A program made the translations under genes and the position numbers. Source: Patescibacteria group bacterium (GTDB lineage: Bacteria > Patescibacteriota > Patescibacteriia > UBA2591 > UBA6264). Taken from it: a stretch of 64,000 nucleotides of DNA. The notes under the pieces were generated by a model. The model saw only the letters and a program-made list of their open reading frames with translations, was not told the origin of the DNA and made no database searches. Shown one piece after another: positions 18,681-28,238 of this stretch (its first letter is position 1; the number at the start of each line of letters is the position of its first letter). The DNA is taken from contig JADHVF010000002.1 of NCBI GenBank assembly GCA_016784145.1, forward strand, positions 112,357-176,356. The letters are read 5' to 3'.

Positions 18681-19961
18681 ATGAAAGCATTAGATAAAAT
18701 AAGACAAGTATGGCAAATTAAAGACTTAAGAAAAAGTATTTTATTTGTTTTAGCAATGTTAACTATTTTTAGAATAGCAGCTCATATTCCAGTCCCAGGA
18801 GTTAATGTTGCCAATTTGAAAGAATTTTTCTCTCAAAATGAAATGTTAGGCATGTTAAATATTCTCTCTGGAGGAGCAATGTCTAATTTTTCTATTGTAG
18901 CAATGGGAATTGCTCCTTTTATTACGGCTTCTATTATTATGCAGTTATTGACAATGGTTATTCCAAAGTTAGAAGAAATTAGCAAACAAGGCGCTACTGG
19001 TAGGCAAAAGATAAATCAGTATTCAAGGCTTTTGACAATTCCATTGGCCTTGCTTCAATCTTATGGGATGATTATGCTTTTTAGACAATCTTCAAGTCAA
19101 ATAATCCCTGAATTAACAAAATTTCAAATGGCCAATGTAATAATTGTTATGATGGCTGGTACAATATTTTTAATGTGGCTAGGAGAATTAATTACAGAAA
19201 AGAAAATAGGCAATGGAATTTCTCTTATTATATTCGCAGGCATAGTAGAAGGAATCCCTATTTCAATCCAACAAACTATTGTTACATTTTCAAAAGAACA
19301 GATAATTAATTTGTCAACAATTACTGCTTTAGCTTTAATTACCATTTTAGGAGTTGTTTTTATTACAGAGGCTCAGAGGAATATTCCGATTTCTTATGCT
19401 AGAAGAATTAGAGGGAATAAAATGTATGGCGGTATGGACACGTATTTACCTTTAAGAGTAAATCAAGCAGGAATGATTCCAATAATTTTCGCGATTTCAA
19501 TAGTTTTGTTTCCAGGATTAATAGGTCAAATAATGTCTAGGGCTGATTCTTCTTTTATAGCTGGTATTGGTCAATCAATGATTAATTTATTTCAAAATCA
19601 AATTGTTTATGGGGTTGTTTATTTTATTTTAGTAGTGGCTTTTACATATTTTTATACTAGTATTATTTTTCATCCTAAACAAATTTCTGATAATTTACAA
19701 AAACAAGGGGGGTTTATCCCTGGCATTAGGCCGGGCCAACCAACTTCTAAATATTTATCTAATATTAGCAACAGAATAATGTTAGCAGGAGCAATGTCAT
19801 TAGGTATAATTGCTGTTTTGCCTATCATTACTCAAAACGTTTTTAAGGTGACTACATTTGTGGTTGGGGGAGCAGCGATTTTAATTGTAGTTAGTGTAGT
19901 CCTAGAAACAGTCAAGCAGATTCAAGCTCAAATTTCAATGCATGAATACGAAGGTGTTTAA
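18681..19961 (+). CDS. secY: Preprotein translocase subunit SecY
   Basis: Ten-TM protein with SecY signatures (LNILSGGA, GI.PFITASII.QLL, RGNKMYGG...YLPL..N.AG.IP.IFA). Confidence 0.96.
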   Translation: MKALDKIRQVWQIKDLRKSILFVLAMLTIFRIAAHIPVPGVNVANLKEFFSQNEMLGMLNILSGGAMSNFSIVAMGIAPFITASIIMQLLTMVIPKLEEISKQGATGRQKINQYSRLLTIPLALLQSYGMIMLFRQSSSQIIPELTKFQMANVIIVMMAGTIFLMWLGELITEKKIGNGISLIIFAGIVEGIPISIQQTIVTFSKEQIINLSTITALALITILGVVFITEAQRNIPISYARRIRGNKMYGGMDTYLPLRVNQAGMIPIIFAISIVLFPGLIGQIMSRADSSFIAGIGQSMINLFQNQIVYGVVYFILVVAFTYFYTSIIFHPKQISDNLQKQGGFIPGIRPGQPTSKYLSNISNRIMLAGAMSLGIIAVLPIITQNVFKVTTFVVGGAAILIVVSVVLETVKQIQAQISMHEYEGV

Positions 19962-19969
19962 AAATAAAT

Positions 19970-20728
19970 ATGAGCATATCAATAAAAAATCAATCCGAAA
20001 TTGAAGCAATGATTCAATCTGGTAAGCTTTTATCAGCCATATTAAAAAAGGTTGTTAAACAAACTGTTCCAGGGATAACCACAATAGAATTAGATAGATT
20101 AGCAGAAGAATTAATAGTAAAAGCGGGCGCTCAGCCGGCTTTTAAAAATTTTAAGCATGGCCATAATAAATTTCCTGCTTGCCTTTGTGTCTCAATAAAT
20201 GAAGAGATTGTTCATGGGATTCCATCTAATAGAATTATTAAAAATAATGACGTTATTGGGCTAGATTGTGGTTTAAAATATAAAGATTTTTTTTCAGACA
20301 TGGCTGTTACTTTAATCATGGGTAGAGGATCAAAACAAACAAGAAAATTAGTAAAAGTTGCTAAGCAATCTCTAGACAAGGCAATAGAAATAATCAAACC
20401 AGGGATTTATTTAGGAGATATTTCTAATACAATTCAATCATATGTTGTTAAAAATAATTTTGCTGTTGTTAGGGACCTTACTGGGCATGGAATTGGCAGA
20501 GAATTACATGAAGAACCAAGTATTTTTAATTATGGAGAGCCAGGAACTGGCCCTATTTTAAAACAAGGAATGACTTTGGCATTAGAGCCAATGATTACAG
20601 TCGGTGATTGGAAAGTACGAACATTAAATGATGGTTGGACGATTGTTACGGCTGATAATAGTTTGTCAGCTCATTTTGAGCATACAATTTTAGTGACTAA
20701 AAATAAAGCAAAAGTTTTAACAAAATAA
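19970..20728 (+). CDS. map: Methionine aminopeptidase type I
   Basis: Pita-bread fold with metal ligands (D in GLDCG, H in HGIGRELHE, EHT); 252 aa. Confidence 0.94.
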   Translation: MSISIKNQSEIEAMIQSGKLLSAILKKVVKQTVPGITTIELDRLAEELIVKAGAQPAFKNFKHGHNKFPACLCVSINEEIVHGIPSNRIIKNNDVIGLDCGLKYKDFFSDMAVTLIMGRGSKQTRKLVKVAKQSLDKAIEIIKPGIYLGDISNTIQSYVVKNNFAVVRDLTGHGIGRELHEEPSIFNYGEPGTGPILKQGMTLALEPMITVGDWKVRTLNDGWTIVTADNSLSAHFEHTILVTKNKAKVLTK

Positions 20729-20729
20729 T

Positions 20730-21131
20730 ATGTTTTTAGGAATAGATTTTGGAAAAAAATATATTGGCACATCATTGGCAGATGAGAATTTAAAAATTGC
20801 CAGTCCATACAAAGTTTTTATAGAATTAAAAGAACAAGATTTATTTAAAAAACTTAATAATATTATTTTAGAGAAAAATATAATAAAAATTATTGTTGGT
20901 TATCCAATTGGATTGTCTGGCAAAGAAACAGCCCAAACGAGAAAAACAAGTGTTTTTATAAAAAAATTAAAAAAAGAAACAAACATAAAAGTTGTTGAAT
21001 CTGACGAAAGGTTCACAAGTAAAATCGCAGATAATTCATTAAAAAATATGAAAAACAAGCAAGCAAAGATATTTAGTCATGCTGTAGCAGCTGCTATTAT
21101 CTTGCAGGATTATCTTGATTATAATAAATAG
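20730..21131 (+). CDS. ruvX: Putative pre-16S rRNA nuclease / Holliday-junction resolvase-like YqgF (RuvX)
   Basis: N-terminal LGIDFGKKYIGTSLAD (RNase H-like YqgF motif); about 135 aa. Confidence 0.8.
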   Translation: MFLGIDFGKKYIGTSLADENLKIASPYKVFIELKEQDLFKKLNNIILEKNIIKIIVGYPIGLSGKETAQTRKTSVFIKKLKKETNIKVVESDERFTSKIADNSLKNMKNKQAKIFSHAVAAAIILQDYLDYNK

Positions 21132-21142
21132 TTTAATGTTTT

Positions 21143-22231
21143 ATGGTTTTTTTATTTTTTATCATTAGTTTTTGTGTAGCTATTTTTTTATTTCCTATTG
21201 TCAAAAAAATTGCAATTAAAAATAAAATAATCGATCTACCATCACGATCTAAGCGGAAAATTCATAATCAACCAATGCCATTATTAGGTGGTTTTATCAT
21301 TTTTATTTCATTTTTTGCTGTCTTGTTATTAGCAATTAATTTTAATGTTTTACAACCAGAGTCATTTAAAATAAAGCATCTAATTGCTTTATTTTTAGCT
21401 GGGTTAATTTTGATGGTTGGCGGATTTTTAGATGACAAATATAATCTACGCCCAATTTATCAAATTATTTGGCCGATAATTGCTATTTTAGTTTTTATTA
21501 TTAGCGGTGTTGGTATTGAATATATTAATAATCCATTTGGTCCAGGATATTTGTATTTAGATAAATATAAAATAGAGGTTATTAATTTAAATGGAATCCC
21601 TTACTATTTTACTCCATTAGCAGATATAATAACTTTTGTTTGGTTAATATTATTAATGTATTCTACAAAATTACTTGATGGATTAGATGGGCTTGTTTCA
21701 GGAATAAGCTTGATTGGCTTGCTTGGGATTATTGGACTCTGTTTTTTTACTAAATTTTATCAACCAGACATTGGATTAATAGCAGTGATATTGTCGGGAG
21801 CATTTGCAGGGTTTTTAATTTTTAATTTTCACCCTGCTAAAATTTTTTTAGGAGAAGGGGGGAGTTTGTTTGCTGGTTTTATTTTAGGGGCTTTGGCAAT
21901 AATTTCAGGTAGTAAAATAGCTACAACGTTTTTAATTCTTGGATTAGCTGTTTTTGATTTATTGGGAGTATTTTTTCAAAGAATTTTTAAATATCACAAA
22001 TCGCCGTTTTCAGGAGATAAAATACATTTACATTTTCGATTATTAGACATAGGATTTTCACACAAACAAGCAGTATTTTTTTATTGGTTAATTGCTTTAT
22101 TTTTTACTTTACCAGTATTATTTTTTCAAACAAAAGGGAAAATTATAACATTGGTGATTTTTTCTTTTTTTTATATATTTTTAATTCTTTTTTTAAACAA
22201 AAAAATAATTAAATTGACAAACAAGCAATAA
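21143..22231 (+). CDS. Polyprenyl-phosphate N-acetylhexosamine-1-phosphate transferase (WecA/TagO-like, MraY/WecA GT4 superfamily)
   Basis: Polytopic membrane protein. MraY/WecA superfamily motifs DDxxN (LDDKYNLRP) and LLDGLDGL, and a C-terminal DKIHLHFRLL resembling WecA DRxHxHHxLL. Its loop 1 (IHNQPMPLLGG) lacks the MraY HxxKxxTPTMGG signature. Confidence 0.75.
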   Translation: MVFLFFIISFCVAIFLFPIVKKIAIKNKIIDLPSRSKRKIHNQPMPLLGGFIIFISFFAVLLLAINFNVLQPESFKIKHLIALFLAGLILMVGGFLDDKYNLRPIYQIIWPIIAILVFIISGVGIEYINNPFGPGYLYLDKYKIEVINLNGIPYYFTPLADIITFVWLILLMYSTKLLDGLDGLVSGISLIGLLGIIGLCFFTKFYQPDIGLIAVILSGAFAGFLIFNFHPAKIFLGEGGSLFAGFILGALAIISGSKIATTFLILGLAVFDLLGVFFQRIFKYHKSPFSGDKIHLHFRLLDIGFSHKQAVFFYWLIALFFTLPVLFFQTKGKIITLVIFSFFYIFLILFLNKKIIKLTNKQ

Positions 22232-22269
22232 ATATATATAAATATATATAAATAGATAAAAATAAATAT

Positions 22270-23715
22270 ATGACAGAAAAACAAGAACAAATAATTTTTT
22301 TTGGTAAGACAAATTATAGAGATATAAATAAAAAGTTTGGTATTAAAAAAATTGATAGAACACGTCATATGTATCTAATAGGCAAAACAGGAACAGGGAA
22401 ATCAACGGTGTTAGAAAATATGATTTATCAAGATATTCAAATGGGGAATGGAGTAGGTGTTGTTGACCCTCATGGAGATTTGGCTGAAAGAGTGCTTGAT
22501 TTTGTGCCGGGTTCAAGAATTAATGATGTTGTTTATTTTAATCCGTCTGATATTGAATATCCATTTGCTTTTAATGTTCTAGAGAGAGTAGGAGAGGAAC
22601 ATCGTCATTTGATTGCTTCGGGATTGGTTGGTGTTTTTAAAAAAATATGGGCTGATTCATGGGGGCCAAGGTTAGAATATGTTTTAAGAAATGCTGTTTT
22701 AGCGCTGTTAGAATATCCAGGCAGTACGCTACTGGGAATTATGAGAATATTGGTTGATAAGGATTTTAGAGAAAAAGTTGTATCCAGATTAACAGACCCG
22801 GTTGTTAAGTCATTTTGGACTAATGAATATCCAAGATATCCAGAAAAAATAAGAACAGAAGCAATTTTGCCTATTCAAAATAAAGTCGGGCAATTTTTAT
22901 CTACTTCATTAATAAGGAACATTGTTGGACAGGTGAAATCAAAGATAAATTTAAGAGAAATAATGGATGAAAAAAAAATATTAATAATGAATTTGTCAAA
23001 AGGGAGAATTGGGGAAGATGCCTCGGCTTTACTAGGAGCAATGATGATTACAAAGATTCAATTAGCAGCCATGAGTAGAGTTGATATTTTAGAAAAAGAA
23101 AGGAAAAATTTTTATCTTTATGTAGATGAATTTCAAAATTTTGTAACAGAAGCATTTGCTGACATTCTCTCAGAGGCAAGAAAATATCATTTAAATTTGA
23201 TTATCGCACATCAATATATTGGTCAATTGATTGCTGAACAAACAAGCAAGGTAAGAGATGCAGTTTTTGGAAATGTGGGCACAATTGTATCTTTTAGGAT
23301 AGGAGCAGAAGACGCAGTGTTTTTGTCTAGAGAGTTTTTGCCTAGATTTGAAGAAACTGACTTAGTTGATTTGGATAAATACAATACATATATAAAATTA
23401 ATGATTGACGGGATTACATCAGAGCCATTTTCAGCAATTACATTGCCTCCTTTAGCAGAGTCAAAAGGGAATAGTGACAAGGTTATTGCCCTTTCAAGAG
23501 AAAGATATGCTGAGCCGAGAAAAATTGTTGAAGACAAAATAGCTCGCTGGAGTGGAACAGATGAACAAGGACAAGCTCCTAGAGATGAAAGAGTAATTAA
23601 GTATGAGTCAAAGTGTAATAAGTGCAAGGTTGATGTTTTTGTTCCTTTTGTCCCAGATGGAGTTCGTCCAGTGTATTGTAAAAAATGTTTAAAAGAAACC
23701 AAAAAAACCAAATAA
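22270..23715 (+). CDS. Cytoplasmic TraD/TrwB/VirD4-family (type IV coupling-protein-like) P-loop ATPase with a C-terminal CxxC...CxxC zinc ribbon
   Basis: Walker A HMYLIGKTGTGKST, then VVDPHGDL and YFNP (TrwB/VirD4-like motifs), Walker B LYVDEFQNF, and the C-terminus CNKCKVDVFVPFVPDGVRPVYCKKC. No N-terminal TM segment. Confidence 0.6.
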   Translation: MTEKQEQIIFFGKTNYRDINKKFGIKKIDRTRHMYLIGKTGTGKSTVLENMIYQDIQMGNGVGVVDPHGDLAERVLDFVPGSRINDVVYFNPSDIEYPFAFNVLERVGEEHRHLIASGLVGVFKKIWADSWGPRLEYVLRNAVLALLEYPGSTLLGIMRILVDKDFREKVVSRLTDPVVKSFWTNEYPRYPEKIRTEAILPIQNKVGQFLSTSLIRNIVGQVKSKINLREIMDEKKILIMNLSKGRIGEDASALLGAMMITKIQLAAMSRVDILEKERKNFYLYVDEFQNFVTEAFADILSEARKYHLNLIIAHQYIGQLIAEQTSKVRDAVFGNVGTIVSFRIGAEDAVFLSREFLPRFEETDLVDLDKYNTYIKLMIDGITSEPFSAITLPPLAESKGNSDKVIALSRERYAEPRKIVEDKIARWSGTDEQGQAPRDERVIKYESKCNKCKVDVFVPFVPDGVRPVYCKKCLKETKKTK

Positions 23716-25496
23716 TGAAATCTCAAGAGATACGAAAACAATTTTTATTATTTTTTAAAAACAAAGAGCATAAAGTGGTTTCTTCTGCTTCGTTAGTTCC
23801 AGCAGACCCTACTGCTCTTTTTACTTCTGCAGGCATGCAGCAATTTATTCCTTATTTAAGTGGTCAGATTGCCTCTCCATACAAAAGAGCTTGCTCTATT
23901 CAAAAATGTTTTAGAACATCTGACATTGATGAAGTTGGTGATGATTTTCACCATACTTTTTTTGAGATGTTAGGAAATTGGTCTTTTAATGATTATTTTA
24001 AAGAGGAAATTATTAATTGGTCATTAGAATTTTTAACAGAGCATCTTAATTTAAGCAAAGATAGATTGTGGGTCTCAGTTTTCAAAGGAACACCAGAGGT
24101 TTTAAAAGATAAACAAGCAATTGATATTTGGGAGAAAGCTGGTATTGCTAAAAATAAAATTAAACAATTGGGAATGAAGGATAATTTTTGGGGACCAGTA
24201 ACTCAAACAGGGCCTTGTGGTCCTTGTTCAGAAATCTATTATGATAAAGGAGAAAATTTCAAGACTCAAACATGTGATACAAAAAAATGCGGATTAAATT
24301 GTAAATGTGGCAGATTTGTAGAAATATGGAATTTAGTTTTTATGCAATATAATAAAACAAGTGATAAAACTTTTCTTAAATTGCCAGGAAAAAATATTGA
24401 TACAGGGGCTGGGCTAGAAAGAATTGCATCAATTATTCAAAATAAAAAGACAAATTACGAGACAGATTTATTTATGCCAATAATTGACACTATTAATAAT
24501 TTAGGCAATTTTGAATTAAATAAAATTACTAATAAAGCTTCAAGAATAATTGCTGATCATTTAAGAGCAACTTGTTTTTTAATATCAGATGGGGTTTTGC
24601 CATCAAAAGAAGATAGGGGGTATGTGTTAAGAAAATTAATTAGAAGAACAATGAGACATTCAAGAAACCTTAATACAGACAATGATTTTTTAATTAATAT
24701 ATCAACCAAAATAATAGATGTTTACAAGGAATCGTATCCAGAATTATTGCAAAATAAAAATAATATTTTAACCATTATTCAAACAGAGCAAGAAAAATTT
24801 TCCAAAACATTAGCACAAGGCTTAAAAAAATTTAATCAACTGGCATTTAATATTAAAAAAATAAATCAAAAGGTTATTAATGGAAAAGATATTTTTCATC
24901 TATACGACACTTATGGATTTCCTTTTGAATTAACACAAGAAATGGCAGTAGAACAGGGGCTAAAAGTAAGTAAAAGTGATTTTAATAAAGAATTTGTTAA
25001 ACATAAGCAAATATCTCGAGTAGGGGCAATTAAGAAATTTGGAGGAGTCGGGCAATGGGGGAAGAAAGTTGCTGCTCTTCATACAGCCACTCATTTATTG
25101 CATCAGGCATTAAGGGATGTTTTAGGGGAACATGTTCAACAGGCAGGATCAGACTTAACTCTTGAAAGATTAAGATTTGACTTTACTCATGCTAGCAAAT
25201 TGACACCAGAAAAAATAGCTAAGATTGAAAATATTGTTAATGCTAAAATTAAAAAAGGAATAAGGATATGTATAGAAAATATGTCATATGATGATGCTAT
25301 TAAGTTGGGTGCCTTGGCTTTTTTTAAGGAAAAATATCCTAAGCAAGTAAGTGTTTATTCAGTTGGAAATTATTCAAAAGAAGTTTGTGCTGGGCCACAT
25401 GTTAAAAACACTAAAGAAATTGGGACATTTAAGATTATAAAAGAAACATCGTCAGGAGCAGGAATTAGAAGAATAAAAGCAATTATACAAAATTAA
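23715..25496 (+). CDS. alaS: Alanine--tRNA ligase, compact form (catalytic, tRNA-recognition and editing-core domains; no C-terminal C-Ala domain)
   Basis: MKSQEIRKQFL.FF...H..V.S.SLVP.DPTALFT.AGM.QF, class II aaRS motifs, and the editing HxxxH (HTATHLLHQALRDVLGEHV). The ATG overlaps the upstream stop (TAATG). Confidence 0.9.
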   Translation: MKSQEIRKQFLLFFKNKEHKVVSSASLVPADPTALFTSAGMQQFIPYLSGQIASPYKRACSIQKCFRTSDIDEVGDDFHHTFFEMLGNWSFNDYFKEEIINWSLEFLTEHLNLSKDRLWVSVFKGTPEVLKDKQAIDIWEKAGIAKNKIKQLGMKDNFWGPVTQTGPCGPCSEIYYDKGENFKTQTCDTKKCGLNCKCGRFVEIWNLVFMQYNKTSDKTFLKLPGKNIDTGAGLERIASIIQNKKTNYETDLFMPIIDTINNLGNFELNKITNKASRIIADHLRATCFLISDGVLPSKEDRGYVLRKLIRRTMRHSRNLNTDNDFLINISTKIIDVYKESYPELLQNKNNILTIIQTEQEKFSKTLAQGLKKFNQLAFNIKKINQKVINGKDIFHLYDTYGFPFELTQEMAVEQGLKVSKSDFNKEFVKHKQISRVGAIKKFGGVGQWGKKVAALHTATHLLHQALRDVLGEHVQQAGSDLTLERLRFDFTHASKLTPEKIAKIENIVNAKIKKGIRICIENMSYDDAIKLGALAFFKEKYPKQVSVYSVGNYSKEVCAGPHVKNTKEIGTFKIIKETSSGAGIRRIKAIIQN

Positions 25497-25498
25497 AT

Positions 25499-26194
25499 AT
25501 GTACAAAGTTAAGCTTGAACAATTTCAGGGGCCATTTCATCTATTGCTTAAGTTAATTGAAAAACAGGAAATGGATGTTAGTGAAATTTCTTTAGCAAAA
25601 GTATTAGATGAATTTTTATATTACATTGAATCATCAAATCAAATAGAATCTAAAGAATTGATTGATTTTTTAGAGATAGCTTCAAGAATAATTTTATTAA
25701 AATCAAGATTGTTGGTTTTGCCAGGAAATGAATATGATGATTTAGAGGGAGATGATAATCTTATAAATAGAATTAAAATTTATCAAAAATTTGCTTCTGC
25801 TTCTAAGCAAGTATTTGAATTATTGGCTAGCTCAAATCATTCTTTTTCTAGAAAAAGAATTCCTTTAAATATGTCTAAAGATTATTCTGTTGACTTAAAG
25901 ATAACTCCTAAAATTATTCATAAAACTTGGCAAAACATTGTTAAAGAAATTTTAAAATATAAACAAGCAACCAAAGTAATAAAAATAAAAACAATCTCTT
26001 TAAGAAAAAAAATAAATGAGCTTCTTTTGCTTGTAAAACAAAAAGAAAAAATTATTTTTAATAATATAATTAATAGAAAAAAAACAGAGGAAAAAATAGT
26101 AATATTTTTAGCAATGTTAGAGCTTGTAAAAAAAGAGCAAATAAAAATAAGCCAAGCAGAGCTATTTGGTGAAATTATTATAAGAAAAAAATGA
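25499..26194 (+). CDS. scpA: Segregation and condensation protein A
   Basis: MYKVKLEQFQGPFHLLLKLIEKQEMDVSEISLAKV is the ScpA N-terminal signature. Confidence 0.88.
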   Translation: MYKVKLEQFQGPFHLLLKLIEKQEMDVSEISLAKVLDEFLYYIESSNQIESKELIDFLEIASRIILLKSRLLVLPGNEYDDLEGDDNLINRIKIYQKFASASKQVFELLASSNHSFSRKRIPLNMSKDYSVDLKITPKIIHKTWQNIVKEILKYKQATKVIKIKTISLRKKINELLLLVKQKEKIIFNNIINRKKTEEKIVIFLAMLELVKKEQIKISQAELFGEIIIRKK

Positions 26195-26745
26195 AAGAAT
26201 TAAAATCAATTATTGAGTGTTTACTTTTTATTGCTAATCGTCCTTTGGACAAGAAAGATTTAATAAAAATTACAGGAAAAGAAAAAAAAGATGTGTCTCA
26301 AGCATTGAAAGAACTAACACAGGATTATCAAAATGAAGAAAAAGGGATTAGAATAATTCATAGCAATAAACAGTGGCAAATGACTACGGATCCAAAGCAT
26401 GGGTCTATTGTTCAAAGATTTTTAAAGACAGAAGTGAATGAAGAGCTTACGCCAGCATCTTTAGAAACATTATCAATAATTGCTTATAGGGGGCCAATCA
26501 AAAAACAAGACTTAGAGGAGATAAGAGGCGTAAATTGCACGATTATTTTAAGAAATCTTTTAATTAAAGGACTAATTATTGAAAAAAAACCGGATAATTA
26601 TAAAAATAATGATAATGAATTATCTTATAATGTAAGTTTAGAATTTGTTAAATATTTAGGAATTAAAGACATAGAAGATTTGCCAAACTTTAAAGAGCTT
26701 AATAGAGGTATTCCATTATCTTTATTAATTGATGATGATAAATAA
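26191..26745 (+). CDS. scpB: Segregation and condensation protein B
   Basis: IECLLFIA..PL and a tandem winged-helix layout. It overlaps scpA by 4 nt. Confidence 0.85.
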   Translation: MKELKSIIECLLFIANRPLDKKDLIKITGKEKKDVSQALKELTQDYQNEEKGIRIIHSNKQWQMTTDPKHGSIVQRFLKTEVNEELTPASLETLSIIAYRGPIKKQDLEEIRGVNCTIILRNLLIKGLIIEKKPDNYKNNDNELSYNVSLEFVKYLGIKDIEDLPNFKELNRGIPLSLLIDDDK

Positions 26746-28090
26746 TATAAGCATGCTTAAATCAAAATTAAAAAAAATTTTACCAAAACAATTTTTAATG
26801 TTTTATCACTGGGCATTAGCATATTTATCAGCTTTTATCTATAAATGGCCTAGTCAAAAAATGATTGTGATTGGAGTAACAGGCACAGCTGGAAAATCAA
26901 CTGTAGTTAATATTATTTCTAAAATATTAGAACAAGCAGAATTTAAAACAGGTTTTGCTACAACTTTTAATTTTAAAATTGGAAATAAAGAATGGAGAAA
27001 TAATCAAAAGATGACCATGCTGGGGCGCTTTGCTTTACAAAAGTTATTAAAAAAAATGGTAGATGACAATTGTGAATATGCAATTATTGAAACAACCTCT
27101 GAGGGAATTAAACAATATAGACATCTCGGGATTAATTATGATTTTGTTGTTTTTACAAATTTAGCAAAAGAACATATTGAATCTCATGGGAGTTTTGAAA
27201 AATATAGGCAAGCCAAGCAAAAACTTTTTAAACATATTACTAAAAATAAAATTAAAAAAATTAATAATAAAAAAATCGCTAAAACAATTATTGTTAATTT
27301 AGATGATAAGTATAGTGATTATTTTTTAAAATTTAATGTTAATAAAAAATATGGGTATAGTCTTAAAAGGGCTAAAGATAAAAACATATCCATATCTCAA
27401 TCGGATTTGATAGGACAATCTAACCAGCAAATTAAAATTTTAACAGCCAGCAATTTAATAGCCAGTAAAAATGGTACAGAATTTAGTATTAATAATATTA
27501 ATTTTAGAATCAATTTATTAGGAGAGTTTAATGTTTATAATGTATTAAGTGCTACTTGTGTGGGACTTGGTTGTGGTATTGATTTAAAAACTTGCCAGCA
27601 AGCAGTTGCCAAGATAAATAAAGTGGCTGGCAGAATGGAGATAGTTAATAAAAATCCGCTTATTATTGTTGATTATGCTCATACGCCTGATTCTTTAGAG
27701 AAAGTTTATAAATCAATTAAAAATAATTTTGATAATAAATTAATTTGTGTTTTTGGTTCAGCTGGCGGAGGAAGAGATAAATGGAAAAGGCCTGTTTTAG
27801 CTAACATTGCTGAAAAATATTGTGACCATTTAATAGTTACAAACGAGGATCCTTATGATGAAGACCCCGAGCAAATTATTGATGAAATAATTTCAGGGAT
27901 AAGTAAGCAAAAAGTAGTTAAAATTATTGATAGGGAAGAAGCTATTAACAAGGCAATTAATTTAGCTCAACCAGAAGACATTATAGTTATTACTGGCAAG
28001 GGATCAGAATCATTAATAATGGGAGCCAAAGGAGAGAAAGTACAATGGGATGATAGAGAAGTAGTTAGAAAATTGTTAGTCAAGAAGTAA
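26729..28090 (+). CDS. murE: Mur ligase family protein, MurE-like (UDP-MurNAc-L-Ala-D-Glu : diamino acid ligase)
   Basis: ATP-binding GVTGTAGKSTV and the MurE-typical DYAHTPDSLEKV. It lacks part of the N-terminal domain. The true start is probably an internal Met near 26753. Confidence 0.7.
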   Translation: MMMINNISMLKSKLKKILPKQFLMFYHWALAYLSAFIYKWPSQKMIVIGVTGTAGKSTVVNIISKILEQAEFKTGFATTFNFKIGNKEWRNNQKMTMLGRFALQKLLKKMVDDNCEYAIIETTSEGIKQYRHLGINYDFVVFTNLAKEHIESHGSFEKYRQAKQKLFKHITKNKIKKINNKKIAKTIIVNLDDKYSDYFLKFNVNKKYGYSLKRAKDKNISISQSDLIGQSNQQIKILTASNLIASKNGTEFSINNINFRINLLGEFNVYNVLSATCVGLGCGIDLKTCQQAVAKINKVAGRMEIVNKNPLIIVDYAHTPDSLEKVYKSIKNNFDNKLICVFGSAGGGRDKWKRPVLANIAEKYCDHLIVTNEDPYDEDPEQIIDEIISGISKQKVVKIIDREEAINKAINLAQPEDIIVITGKGSESLIMGAKGEKVQWDDREVVRKLLVKK

Positions 28091-28153
28091 AATTACTTGT
28101 GGAGTAAATGTGGATAACTTTTTTGTTTTGTGTAAAAAATCAAGTTTTTTTTA

Positions 28154-28184
28154 TTGACAAAATAAAATTTTTTTGTTATTATAA
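28154..28184 (+). promoter_or_regulatory. Sigma-70-type promoter upstream of rpoB (TTGACA, 17 nt, TGtTATTAT)
   Basis: TTGACA at 28154-28159; extended -10 at 28174-28182. Confidence 0.4.
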
Positions 28185-28238
28185 ATACACTTTGCACTTA
28201 TTTTATTATTTTTTTAGCAGTTTTAGCTATTTTTTTAA

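Noticed and set aside
22232-22262. AAATATATAT decamer repeated twice, then degenerate copies, between the WecA-like and VirD4-like genes.
   Set aside because: Two copies of an AT-only motif in a 30% GC genome are within background expectation. The region probably just contains the promoter and RBS of the next gene.
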